From positions 549,943-613,942 of the forward strand of contig CAVQUB010000015.1 of NCBI GenBank assembly GCA_963716725.1: a stretch of DNA of 64,000 nt, given 5' to 3'. The stretch comes from an uncultured delta proteobacterium. Lineage in GTDB: Bacteria; Myxococcota_A; Polyangia; Polyangiales; Polyangiaceae. Below the pieces are notes generated by a model, which saw only the letters and a list, made by a program, of their open reading frames with translations, was not told the origin of the DNA and made no database searches. This document shows positions 31,363-42,760 of the stretch, piece after piece (the stretch's first letter is position 1; each line of letters begins with the position of its first letter). Made by a program: the position numbers and the translations under genes.

Positions 31363-32283
31363 TCAGCGACAGACGCGGTTTTTACCACCGAGCTTGGCGC
31401 GATACAGCGCCTCGTCCGCTTTCTGGAACAAGGCGCCCGGTTGTTCCGCGTCGTCCGGGTAGGCCGCGACCCCGATGGAAATGCCCGGCGCGAGGCGGAT
31501 GCCCTCCCGCTCGAAGGCATGGCTGCCGATGGCCGCACGAATTTCCTCGCCCACGGTCGCGCCCGCCAGCGCTCCGTGGCCCGGGATGGCCGCCAGGAAC
31601 TCGTCCCCGCCAAAGCGCGATCCAATGCCTCGGGCGCCGACCACTTGGCCGATGAGCTTGCCCGCGGCGCCGATCACGTAAGCGCCGAACAGATGCCCGT
31701 GGGTGTCGTTGATTTGCTTGATGCCGTCGAGATCCATCACCAACAGCGTCAGTTCGGCGCCTTGCTTCTTGGCGACCTCCAGCATCTGCTCGAGATCGGC
31801 GTCGAATTTTCGGCGCACGAAGAGCCCGGACAGGTCGTCGATGTTGAGCAGCCTCTCGACCACCTGGTTGTAGGCCTGCGTGACGCCGTCTTGGAGCTCG
31901 AAGCGCACGACCGTGGTTCCGATCACGAGGTTGTCGTTCGGGCGAAGCACTGCCTCGGCCACCTTTTCGTCGTTCACGGACACGCCGTTGGTGCTGCCCA
32001 GATCGACCAACGCCCAGCCGTCCCCGCGGTCGTCGATGCAGGCGTGATGCCACGACACCAAGCCGTCCGACAGGCAGAGCGCGGCGTCGGGATCCCGCCC
32101 CACGAGCAGGGTGCGATCGACGATCACCCGCCGGCCGACGTCTCTCTCATTTCCGGAGACGACCACGAGCACGGGGCGGTGCGGCGCCTTCACGCGGCGC
32201 ATCACCTCGCTGGCCACGCCCTCCTCCGCCTTGAGCGTCCGGGGCACGCCCTCGGGACGCCGACCGTGACCCTCGCTCGACAC
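31363..32283 (-). CDS. FHA-domain diguanylate cyclase
   Basis: FHA motifs VGRD, VSWHH, DLGSTNG; GGDEF domain DDLSGL, DLDGIKQINDTHGH, RFGGDEF, ADEALYRAK. Confidence 0.92.
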   Translation of the reverse strand: MSSEGHGRRPEGVPRTLKAEEGVASEVMRRVKAPHRPVLVVVSGNERDVGRRVIVDRTLLVGRDPDAALCLSDGLVSWHHACIDDRGDGWALVDLGSTNGVSVNDEKVAEAVLRPNDNLVIGTTVVRFELQDGVTQAYNQVVERLLNIDDLSGLFVRRKFDADLEQMLEVAKKQGAELTLLVMDLDGIKQINDTHGHLFGAYVIGAAGKLIGQVVGARGIGSRFGGDEFLAAIPGHGALAGATVGEEIRAAIGSHAFEREGIRLAPGISIGVAAYPDDAEQPGALFQKADEALYRAKLGGKNRVCR

Positions 32284-34181
32284 GCTCGTTCTTATACCAC
32301 CGGCCGTCCTCGCCCGGTCGCGCCGGCGGGATCAGCGCCTGCTCTGAGGTGCCGATCAAGTCGCTGCGCCCGGCCATTTTCAGCGCTTCTCGAGCCATGG
32401 GCCAGTGCGCCTCGTCCCACCAGAAGATCAGCGCCTTCATCAGCCGTTTGTCCCGCAAGCCGCGCGCGACGGGCACCGCCTCACCCGTGAAGGGGTCGAG
32501 CCCCGTGTAGAACATGGCGGTGGCGATGGCCATCGGCGTCGGGATGAAGTCCTGCACCTGGCGCGGGCGCATGTCGTTGCGCTTGAGGTAGCGCGCCAGG
32601 TCGATGGTGTCCTTGAGGGTAGAGCCCGGGTGACCCGTGATGAAGTACGGCACCAGGTATTGCTCCTTGCCTGCCGCGTCGCTGGCCTGACAGAAGGCGC
32701 GCGCGAAGCGCTCGTAGGACTCGACCCCGGGCTTCTTCATCTTGTCGAGCACCTTCGGATCGACGTGCTCGGGCGCGACCGAGAGCTGACCGCCGGTGTG
32801 ATGCGCGGCGAGCTCGCGGATGAACTCGGGGCTCCGCTCTGCCAAGTCGTAGCGCACCCCCGAGGCGATGAAGACCCGCTTGATGCCCTTCTCGCTCCGC
32901 ACCTTGCGCAGTAGGCGCACGAGCGGATCGTGGTCAGTGACGAGATTCTCGCAGATCCCCGGGTGCACGCAGGAGAGCCGTCGACACGCCGCCTCGATCT
33001 TCGAGTCTCGACAGTGCAGCTTGTACATGTTCGCGGTGGGCCCGCCGACATCGGTGACCACGCCCGGGAAGCCATCCATCCGCGAGAGTTGCCGCACCTC
33101 GTCGAGCACGCTCTGCTCGGAGCGGCTCTGGATGATGCGGCCCTCGTGCTCGGTGATGCTGCAAAAGGTGCAGCCACCAAAACAGCCGCGCATGGTGACG
33201 ATGGAGTGCTTCACCGTCTCGAAGGCCGGGATCTTCGCCGTGCCGTAGGCGAGGTGCGGTCGGCGCGCGAACGGCAAGTCGTAGAGCCCGTCCATCTCGG
33301 CCTCGGACAGCGGCAGCGGCGGGCGAGTTCAGATACACGGCCTGGTCGCCGTGCACCTGCAGGAGCGGGCGCCCGTTGTGCGCGTTGGTCTCGTTCTGGA
33401 ACAGCCGCCGTCATGCGGGCGAAGGCGCGCTTGTCCTGCGCCGCCTCGTCGAAGGAGGGCAGCACGACCAGCCTTGCCGTCCGTGCACGAAACGACTCGC
33501 GTCGCGCGTCAGCGGCTCCCACTCGCTGCGGTTCTTCTTGACGACCGCGGTGCCGCGCACGTCGGTGAGCTCGGACAGAGGCTCGCCGGCACGCAGGCGC
33601 TCGGCGATCTCCCAAGCGGCTCGCTCGCCCATGCCGAAGACCAGGAGATCCGCCTTGGCGTCGAGCAGCATCGAGCGGCGTACGGAGTCGGACCAGTAGT
33701 CGTAGTGCGCGATGCGGCGGAGCGACGCCTCGATGCCGCCGAGCACCACCGGCAACCCGGGGAAGGCCTGACGGCACAGGTTCGCGTAGACGATGCTGGC
33801 GCGATTCGGGCGCATGTTGGGCGCACCGCCGGGCGAGTATTGGTCTTCGGAGCGGACCTTCTTCTGCGCCGTCAGCTTGTTCAGCATGCTGTCGAGGTTG
33901 CCGGCGCTGACGCCGACGAAGAGCCGCGGACGCCCCATGCACGAGCAGGTCGTCGACCCGGTCCCAGCGCGGCTGCGCCACGATGCCGACCCGAAAGCCC
34001 CGCCCCTCGAGGAAGCGCGCGATCAGCACCGGGCCGAACGCCGGGTGATCGACGTAGGCGTCGCCCGTCACGATCAGGATGTCGAGCTCGTCCCAGCCCC
34101 GCGGGCGTCCATCTCCGCCCGGGTGGTCGGCAGGAAGGCTCCGGGATCGCGCGCTCGGGCGCCGCGGGTCAGCGGGATCAT
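32147..34181 (-). CDS. ygiQ: YgiQ/UPF0313 radical SAM protein, broken by several frameshifts (about 34100, 33940, 33480, 33400, 33320)
   Basis: Successive frames give [74 protein letters not shown]. The 3' end is uncertain. Confidence 0.85.
32291..32299 (-). promoter_or_regulatory. extended -10 element 7 nt upstream of the DGC GTG start
   Basis: Minus strand TGGTATAAG, 7 nt, then GTG 32283. Confidence 0.45.
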
Positions 34182-34238
34182 CGGTGGCGGGGGTATGGCA
34201 CCCGAGGGCTCGCTCGTCGAGGGTCGGACCTCTGGCGA

Positions 34239-35878
34239 TCAGTCGAAGCGGTGGAACCCGGCGGGCGGCGGCTTGGCGGCAGTACCCCCTCCGGTCTTGA
34301 CCTTCTTGGTCTTGGTCAGCGACACGCGGAAGCGCTGGTTCTCGTCGGGCGTGATCTTGTCGATGGCGTCGTCGTAGCCCTCGAGCTTCAGCGTGAACTC
34401 GATGGGAGCATCGCCCTTGGGCAGCGTGACCTCGATGGGTGTCGGCCCGCGCTCCTTGCCGTCGATGGAGAGCGTGGCGCCCTCAGGCTTGCTCAGGACC
34501 TTGATCAGGATTTCGGTGGCCGCTGCCGGGGCCACAACTGCGCTTGGGGATCGCAAAGGAAGCGACACGCAAGGCGCCGGCGCCGCGCGCCAGGGTGACT
34601 CCGCTCGACTTCGGAATGCTCAGCACGATAGCCAGCAGGCCGAGCACGAAGACAGAGACGGCCGCCCCGCCCGCCAAGAGCATCGAGCGCTTTCGCCTCG
34701 CAGCAGCCGCGGCCATGGCCAGAGCGTCCACGCCGGAGCCGGCGTGCGAGCCGCCGAAGGTGAAGCCGCTCTCGAGCCGTTCACGCGGAACCGAGCCGAC
34801 AGCGGAGATTTCGGAGCTCGGTTGCATGCCTTGGAGCTCCGGGATCTCCACGCCCGCGTCGGCTTCGGCGTTGGGAACCGCCCCGACCCGCCCGCCCGCC
34901 CGCACCTGGCTCAGCATCTCGTGCTTCTCCACGATGCGATCGTTGAAGAGCTCATGCATGGTGGCGACGAGGATCTCCTCGGGATCGTTGACTCCCAGGA
35001 GCTCGCGCACGACCGCCATCAAATCCCGGCGCATCTCCGCGGCGGTCGCGTAGCGATGGTCCGCCTGTTTGGACAGCGCCTTCATCGTCACGCGGTCCAG
35101 CGACGGCGGGCAGCCGGGCACGACTTGGCTCGGCGGCACGGGCATCTCGCGACACACCGCTTCGAGCACCCCGAGTTTGGAGTCGCGCTTGAACAGCCGC
35201 CGTCGCGTCAGGAGCTCGTAGAGCACGATGCCCAGAGCAAACACGTCACAGCGTCGGTCGATGGCCTTTCCCCGGCACTGCTCCGGCGCCATGTACTCGA
35301 ACTTGCCTTTGAGTTGCCCGACCTCGGTGTGCGCCGTGCGATCGGCCGCCTTGGCGATGCCAAAGTCCAGGACCCGCACTCCACCGCCGTAGGTGACGAA
35401 GATGTTCTGCGGTGAGACGTCCCGATGCACGAGACCTAGCAGCGCGCCCTCGCCGTCCTTGAGCTCGTGGGCGGCGTGCAGCCCGGCGCAGGCCTCCGCC
35501 ACGATGTAGGCGCAGGTCGCGGCCCCGATCTCCTTCTCGAGCACCAAGCTGCGGCGGACGATGCCGGCGGCGTTCTCGCCCTCCAGGTATTCCATGGTCA
35601 GGAACAGGTTCTGGGCGTCCTGTCCGAGCTCGTGCACCTGCACGACGTTACGGTGCTGGATCCGCGCCGCTAGCCGGGCCTCGTCCAGGAACATGTCCAC
35701 AAAGGCTGGCTGCTCGGCCAAGTGTGGCAGGATCCGCTTGATGACCACGGCGCGCTCGAAACCGCTCGGTCCCCGCAGCCTTCCGAGCAGAATCTCGGCC
35801 ATCCCGCCCACTGCCAGGCGGCCCACGACCTCGTACCGGCCGATGGTCTCTACAGTTGTGGATTCCGCTGCGCGCCAT
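34239..35878 (-). CDS. Ser/Thr protein kinase with TM helix and C-terminal PEGA domain (frameshifts near 35872 and 34560)
   Basis: [44 protein letters not shown]-like [12 protein letters not shown]...GPTP in ORF 34239..34568. Confidence 0.88.
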
Positions 35879-35916
35879 GCCCCCTGCTATGGTTCCAAGC
35901 AGACAAGCCTAGCAAA

Positions 35917-36691
35917 ATGCCTCGCATCGTCACAAGGGTCCTGCCCGGCCTACTACTCTTCGCTGTGCTTGGGTGGCCTACATTGTCCGCCCAAGCGCAG
36001 CCAAAAGCCAAGAAAGACCCAAAGACCGAGGCCGTGGAGCTGTTCGAACAGAGCGTCGACCTGTACCGGCAGGGCAAGTTCGACGAGGCCGCCGCGCTCC
36101 TCGAGCGGGCCTACTCGCTCCACGACGAGCCGGTGCTGCTCTACAACCTGGGCCGCGCCTACGAAGGGCTCGGGGAGAACCAGAAGGCCATCGACGCCTA
36201 CACGAAGTACATCGAGAAGACTCCGGAGGCCAAGGACCGCGGCGCGCTCGAGCGGCGCATCGTCACCCTCAAGGAGCAAATGCGAGAAGGACAAGCAGCG
36301 CGCGGCGCCCAAGCCCCAGCCCGATCCGACCCCCACCCCACTCTCGCCCCAACCTGCTTCGGCACCGAGCAAGGGTCCCGGCGTATTGCCCTGGGTCGTC
36401 GCGGGCGTCGGGGTAGCGGCGGTGGGCGCCGGCTTCTTCGTCGGACTTCAGGCCAAGAGCAAGCGTGACGACGCCCAAGACAACCCGGTCTCGAAGGACG
36501 CGCAAGACGAGTACGACAGCGCCAAGAGCATGGCCACCACCGCCAACGTGCTCTTGATCGCCGGCACGGTGGTCGCAGCGGGCGGCGTGACCTGGGCGCT
36601 CCTGTCGCGCAAGAAGAACGAGCCCGCCGCCGCCGCGACCCTGCACCTGACGCTGACGCCCGGAGGCCTGCGCTTCGGAGGCCGTCTTTGA
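35917..36691 (+). CDS. secreted TPR protein with C-terminal hydrophobic hairpin (frameshift near 36283)
   Basis: Signal peptide; TPR LYRQGKFDEA...LLYNLGRAYE; second frame gives Pro linker, LPWVVAGVG, ATTANVLL, ends GLRFGGRL. Confidence 0.8.
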
Positions 36692-37140
36692 GCGAAACCG
36701 AACCCGACGCGGCGAGCGAAGAGCTGCTCTACGAAGGCCACCCCGCAGTGGTCCCCAGCCTGGGCGCGCTGCTGCTCTGCATCGTGACGCTGGGGATCGC
36801 GCTCTTGGTGCTGTGGGTGCGCGCGCGGGGCAAGCACTACCGAATCACGAGCCAGCGCATCGTGATCGACCTCGGGCTCTTCTCGAAGAAGATGGAGCAG
36901 GTCGATCTCTATCGAATCACCGACTACGTCGTCGAGCGCCCCTTCGGCCAGCGCATCATGGGCACCGGAAACCTGGTGCTCGAGGCCATGGACAGCACGA
37001 GCCCGGTGATCCGACTCGACGCGCTGAAGACCGACGTGGTGGCGCTCTACGAGAAGCTGCGCGTCGCCACCGAGGCCGCCAAGCAGCGACGCGGCGTCCG
37101 GGTGGTCGACTACGGCGAGCCCGGCATTCCGGTGGATTGA
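36688..37140 (+). CDS. bacterial PH-domain (bPH_2-like) membrane protein
   Basis: One TM helix, then YRITSQRI...GLFS...QRIMGTGNL; TTGA overlap with the upstream stop. Confidence 0.8.
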   Translation: MSETEPDAASEELLYEGHPAVVPSLGALLLCIVTLGIALLVLWVRARGKHYRITSQRIVIDLGLFSKKMEQVDLYRITDYVVERPFGQRIMGTGNLVLEAMDSTSPVIRLDALKTDVVALYEKLRVATEAAKQRRGVRVVDYGEPGIPVD

Positions 37141-37144
37141 AGCT

Positions 37145-40110
37145 TCAGGGCACGAACAGCACGTGCTCGCCGCCCGGGGCCACGGCCGCGGCCTGGACCT
37201 CGTCCATCTCGAAGGGCACGTCGTGGCTCTGGTTTCGTGCGCCAGAGCTCCATTTCGTTCTTGAAGAACGGGCTCTCCTGTCGAGATCACCGTGCCGCCC
37301 GGGACCGCATTCTTGATCTTGGGCCCAGTCTTGGTCATCTCGGCGACGAAGCGCTGTACCGGTCCCGACCCGTAGCTGAAGTCCAGGGGTGAGCTCAGGC
37401 CGCGCACGATCCCGAAGTTGCAGGCGTCCACGTTCCACTGGTCGCCGTGTCGTGGGAAGCCGCTCGGAAAGACGGGGTCTGCGTCATCCGGGACGGCGAT
37501 GAACCAGAGCGGGAACAGCGTCTTGAGGCGCAAGCGGTGCAGCGCACCCCAGCGCCACTTGCCGCGGTCTGCGCCGAAGGCCTTGACCAAGTCGTCGACG
37601 GCGTCGAGCAGGGCGATGACCAGTCGGTCGTCCTTCTTCTCGACCGTGCCCGTGGTGGACATGTCGTCCCAGAGCGCGCTCTGACCCGAGGCCGCGTCGT
37701 AGGTCGCCAGCGTGATCGGATCTTGCTCGAGCATGCGCACGAACCCCTTGACCATGTTCGCGGTGCCCAGGTTGCCGACGTCTGCGGCCTTCATCTCGTC
37801 TTCCAGGGCGCGGCCGATGGCCCGCACGAGCCATGCGTTGAAGACGACCGTGGCCTTGGCGGCGCTCGCTTCCTTCGCGTCCAGGCTCAGCGAGTCGTCG
37901 TCCGGGTTCACACCGGAAGCGGCATCGAAGCTCGACTCGGTCTCCCACTTCTTCAGGGTGTCGATCAGATCCGCGACGCCGGCCGCGGCGTAGCGAGGGT
38001 CGGCCACCACAGCGGTGAGATCCGGGTGCGTGCTCGGCGTGGCCTTCTCGGCCTCCGCCTTCTGTAGCGCGGCGACCAGGTGCTTGGAGAGCCGCGCGCC
38101 GAGCCCGGACTTGTGGTCCGCCTGGATGCTGGCCATCTCGTCGGCGGTCATCGCGCCGGCCTTGGCCGCCAGGCGCTGGTGGATGCGGCCGAGGCGCATG
38201 CCCTCGGCGTAGTCGGCGCCGATGTAGAAGGGCTTGCCGTTGGGCAAGAGGTCGTTGGTCGGATCGTTGTCGTTGGTGCTGCCGACTTGGTCGGTGTTGG
38301 CCGTGGCGATCCAGCCCGAGTCCGGGGTCTTCAGCTTCGGAACGTATTTTTCTTCGAGGAACGCGCCGGTCCACTCGTGCTCGCCCTTCTCGCCGTCGAG
38401 CACGAAGGCCGGCAAGGTCCCGGTGAAGGTCTTTGGATCCCAGGCCAGCGCCTTGGGATCGCGATACGGCAGGTTGCCCATCGAGAACATGAACACGTCG
38501 CCGCTCGAGTCGGCGAACATCCAGTTCTGCGCGCCGGTGCCGAAGGACTGCAGGGCGATGCGCGCCTCGGCGACGTTCTTCGCCTCGAGCATGGCGAAGG
38601 TCGCGGGCAGTTCGCCCGTGGCTTGATGCCCGGTCCAGCGAATGCTCAGCACGTTCGAGCCGGCCGCGACCGGTTTGACCTTCTTGTCCGAATCGATCTC
38701 GGGCACCACCGGACCGTGGTGGGGCACAATCAACACGTCCCAGGTGTAGTCGGGTTTCCCGCTGATCTTGATGGTCTCGCTGACCTTCTGGAAGGCGACC
38801 TTCTGTCCTTTGAACATCACGCCGCCGGCGTCGCCCGAGACTTTCTCTTTCCAGACGTCCGTGACGTCGTAGCTGGCGGTGGTCGCGCCCCAGGCCAGGT
38901 GCCGGTTGGCCCCGAGGATGATGCCTGGGATCCCCGGGAACGCCATGCCCGCCACCTCGAAGGTTCCGGCTGTCTCGCTGCCGACGTAGAGATGCGTCGG
39001 CCAGAAGACCATGGGGGAGGTCAGCCCGAGGTGCGGATCGTTGGCGACCATGGCGTTGCCGCTCGCGGTCTTCTTGCCGGCGACGGCCCAGTTGTTGGAG
39101 CCGAAGAACTCGTCGCCACCCATGAAATTGCGAAGGCGCTCGACGGATCGAACGAAGGGCGCCGCGGCCTGGGCCACCGCCGCCGGAAGCCTCGGCGTGG
39201 CCTGCTTGGCGGGCGGAGACTTCAGCGGTGGCTTGGCGCTCGGCTGCTGCCAGCGGTCGGCGGGGAGCGGATCGTCTTTGAATCCATTCAGGGGCGTGGC
39301 GGGATCCAAGGGATCGAAGCGGTACACGTCGACCAGCAACCCCGCGCGAGCCTTGGCCGCTGGATCGCTGGCGCTGGCGCTGAACACAGTCCGGACCTTC
39401 TCCACCTTCTCGCTGGCGCTGATCTCGCTGTCGCCGTCGTAGGACAGGGACCAGGTCTGAAGCCGCGCCATGGCCAAGGTGTCGATGGGCGACCAGTCGG
39501 TGAACGCGCTCGGGTCCATGCCGGTCAGCTCCTGCGGCGGTTTGAGCTTGCCCTGGCGGTAGCCGCGATTCCACTGCGTGACGCCGTCGGCGAAGGCGTC
39601 GAGCAGCTTCTTGTCGCGGCCGGTGGGATCGAGCGCTTCGTACATGGCCTTCGCCGCGCGGTGCAGCCCGATGGTGCGCATGGCGATGTCGTCGTCGATC
39701 TGCGCGGCATCCAGCCCGGCGAAGAGCTCCGCCAGACGACCCGTCGCCACGCGTCGCGCGAGCTCGAGCTGGAACCCGCGATCACGCGCCATCAGGAAGC
39801 CCTCGACGCGCACGGCGTCTTCCAGGTTGCGCGCGTAGATGTGCATCCAGCCGTGTCGGTCGCGCACGGCGTTCACCGGCGCGACGAGCCCCTGGATCTG
39901 ACTGGTATCGGTGACCGGAACGCGCTCGCCGAACACGCCCTTGTCGACGCCCGCGTCGACGTCGGGGCTCGCGTCGGCCCCGCCCGTGCCGCCGCTGCCG
40001 CCGGTGCCGGGCTTCGAGCCCACCTCTTCATCGTCGCCGCAGCCGGCGAAGGCTACCAGGGGGGAGGCGCAGAGCAGAGTGAGGGCAAAGCGGTGTCGAA
40101 GACGCAACAT
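37145..40110 (-). CDS. penicillin acylase / AHL-acylase family (S45 Ntn-hydrolase) lipoprotein; frameshifts near 37230-37285
   Basis: Lipobox FAGC; RDRHGWMHIYA; catalytic GSNNWAV; ANDPHL; ATAN; WRWGALH. Confidence 0.9.
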
Positions 40111-40155
40111 GCCGACGGTTCTTGGCCAGCTTCGCTGGCGCCGCAAGTCGGGGCT

Positions 40156-40623
40156 TCAGGCCCGACCGAATTGCTCGACGCCCAGCCGCGCCAGCGCGTC
40201 GGCGCGCTCGTTCTCCGGGTGCCCGGCGTGCCCCTTGACCCAGCGCCACTCGACCCGGTGGTCACCGATGGCGGCCTCGAGCCGCTGCCAGAGGTCGACG
40301 TTCTTCACTGGCTTCTTGTCCGCGGTCTTCCAGCCCCGCGCCTTCCAGCGTGGGAGCCACTCGGTGATGCCGTCCCGCACGTACTTGCTGTCGGTGTGCA
40401 GGCGCACCCGCACCGGTCGCTTCAGGGACTCGAGGGCCTGGATCGCGGCCATGAGCTCCATGCGGTTGTTGGTCGTGTCGGGCTCACCGCCGTGGAGCTC
40501 TCGCTCTTTGCCTTGGTAGCGTAAGAGCGCGCCCCAACCGCCGGGACCCGGGTTGCCCGAGCACGCGCCGTCGGTGAAGACGTCGGTGAAGCCGTTGTCT
40601 GCGCTGTCGTCCTGCTTGGCCAT
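40156..40623 (-). CDS. rnhA: ribonuclease HI
   Basis: [51 protein letters not shown]. Confidence 0.97.
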   Translation of the reverse strand: MAKQDDSADNGFTDVFTDGACSGNPGPGGWGALLRYQGKERELHGGEPDTTNNRMELMAAIQALESLKRPVRVRLHTDSKYVRDGITEWLPRWKARGWKTADKKPVKNVDLWQRLEAAIGDHRVEWRWVKGHAGHPENERADALARLGVEQFGRA

Positions 40624-40748
40624 GGAACCTCGTCCACCTCTACCACTCGTCTGTCCCGGCGAGAATGATCCAGTCGCGCGCGATCCCTTCGTGCGGGAGC
40701 CGCGAGCGTGGCCGGAGCCGCTGAAGGCTGATATCCTGGCTCTGTGAG

Positions 40749-41603
40749 GTGCTCATGCGATCGTTGATGCTTTCCGTGAGCGCTCTGGCGCTGGTCACGC
40801 TGCTGGGCTGCGGCGGGGATGACGGCGGGGACGTCGCGGACAACGGCGCCGGCGGCAAGCTGAACATCGGCGGCCAGGGCGGCGGTTCGGGTGGCTCCGG
40901 CGGTTCCATCAACCTGGGAGGCACCGGCAACGGCAGTGGCGGCGGCGCTGCCTCGGGGTCGGGCGGCGACGGCTTCTGCGGCAGCAAACTCACCGGCACC
41001 ATCCGGGACTTCAAGATCGACCACCCCGATTTCGAGTACACGATCGGTGGCGATCCGGGCATCGTCGCCGACACCCTCGGCGCGGACGACAAACCGGTCT
41101 ACGCCGGGCAGTCCGGCAACCCGACCACCACGGGCAAGGCCGCCTTCGATCAGTGGTTCAACGACGTCGCCGGCGTCAACCAGAAGACGCTCTTGCCTCT
41201 TCAGCTCACGAAGTCCGGCGGCAACGTCTACACCTACGACAACTCGGCGTTCTTCCCCATCGACAGCACACTCTGGGGCAACGAAGGCAACCCGCACAAC
41301 TTCCACTTCACCTTCGAGCTGCACACCAAGTTCGTCTACCTCGGCGGTGAGGTCTTCACCTTCACTGGCGACGACGATCTCTGGGTGTTCATCAACAAGA
41401 AGCTCGCCATCGATCTCGGCGGCGTCCACGGCGCGATGAATGGCCAGGTCGATCTGGATGCAAAGGCGAGCGAGCTCGGGATCCAGAAGGGCCAGACCTA
41501 CCCGCTCGACTTCTTCTTTGCGGAGCGGCACACGAGCGAGTCGAACTTCCGGATCGACACCACCATCGCTTCCTTCGTCGACTGCGGCCCCGTGGTGCAG
41601 TAG
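40749..41603 (+). CDS. fibro-slime (PA14-related) domain lipoprotein
   Basis: Lipobox [50 protein letters not shown]. Confidence 0.9.
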   Translation: MLMRSLMLSVSALALVTLLGCGGDDGGDVADNGAGGKLNIGGQGGGSGGSGGSINLGGTGNGSGGGAASGSGGDGFCGSKLTGTIRDFKIDHPDFEYTIGGDPGIVADTLGADDKPVYAGQSGNPTTTGKAAFDQWFNDVAGVNQKTLLPLQLTKSGGNVYTYDNSAFFPIDSTLWGNEGNPHNFHFTFELHTKFVYLGGEVFTFTGDDDLWVFINKKLAIDLGGVHGAMNGQVDLDAKASELGIQKGQTYPLDFFFAERHTSESNFRIDTTIASFVDCGPVVQ

Positions 41604-41669
41604 TCGAAAACGGCCTGGAACACGGCGCTTTTCGCCGATTCTCGACCGCCCGTGATAGGCTGATTCGAG

Positions 41670-42760
41670 ATGAGAACCTTCTTCCGCCTGCTTGGCGCGT
41701 CGGCGGTGGTGGCACTCACGGCGTCGGCCTGTACCAACGACTACGAGGACTTCGAGTTCACCGGGACTGGCGGCGGGTCCTCGGGCACGGGCGGGGCAAC
41801 GACCGGAGGCGCGGGCGGGGCAACGACCGGGGGCACCGGCAGGCGCAACCACCGGAGGCACCGGGGGCACGGGCGGCGCAACGACCGGAGGCACGCGGAG
41901 GCGCAACCACCGGAGGCACCGGAGGCACGGGCGGCGCAACGACCGGAGGCACCGGGGGCACGGGCGGCGCAACGACCGGAGGCACCGGGGGCACGGGCGG
42001 CGCGGCCTGCACGGGCAACGACAAGCTCTGCAACGGTCAGTGCGTCGCCACCAATGATCCAAAGTACGGCTGCGGGCCGACGGCCTGCGATCCCTGCCTG
42101 CTGCCCAATGCGAGCACCCAGTGCGTGAGTGACAAGTGCACGCTCCAGACCTGCACCAAGGGCTACGACAGCTGCGACGCCAACCCGGGCAACGGCTGCG
42201 AGCAGAAGCTCGACACGACGGACCACTGCGGCGACTGCGCCCGCAAGTGCAGCACCCAGAACTCCACCTCCGCGGCCTGCGCCGACGGGTCGTGTCGGCA
42301 CAGCTGCGCGGCCGGCTACGGCGACTGCTCGCAGCCCACTTCCGGCCCCGACAACGGCTGCGAGACCAACCTTGGGACCACGAAGAACCAGTGCGGGGCC
42401 TGCGGGAACAACTGCGGCTCACAGGGCGCGTCGGGCGGCTTTGGGTGCAAGGCCGGCGCCTGCGGATGCAGCGAGAACTCCCAGTGTCTGACCACGGGCG
42501 GCCTCGCGGCTTCGAGCTGCGACGTCACGACGGGGCAATGCGTCTGCGACGGGGCGACCTGCAACGCCGGTGAGGCCTGCGGCAAGAACGGGCCCAACAC
42601 CGTCTGCGAATGCAACGGCAACTCCGCCTGCACTGCCGGGGAAACCTGCTGTCCAGGTGGGACGGGCTGCGTCGACACCAGCAAAGACGCCAAGAACTGC
42701 GGCGGCTGCAAGATAGCCTGCGCTGCGGGCAAGACCTGCAACGCCGGCAAGTGCCAGTGA
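41670..42760 (+). CDS. Cys-rich lipoprotein with Gly/Thr linker (frameshifts in the repeat linker, about 41841 and 41897)
   Basis: Lipobox ASAC; GGATTGG repeats; repeated NGCE...CGxC modules in the frame of ORF 42125..42760. Confidence 0.75.

Noticed and set aside
32147..32283. 137-nt same-strand overlap of ygiQ with the diguanylate cyclase gene
   Set aside because: ygiQ has many indels, so its true stop may lie earlier; the overlap cannot be trusted.
33300..37300. Cluster of broken genes (ygiQ, kinase, TPR, acylase) as a decaying region
   Set aside because: The lesions are small indels, I saw no in-frame nonsense codons, and motifs are conserved; this fits a locally low-quality consensus.
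41790..42000. Frameshifts in the GGATTGG repeat as phase variation
   Set aside because: Repeat units are multiples of 3, so slippage would keep the frame; the indels are more plausibly consensus errors in a repeat.
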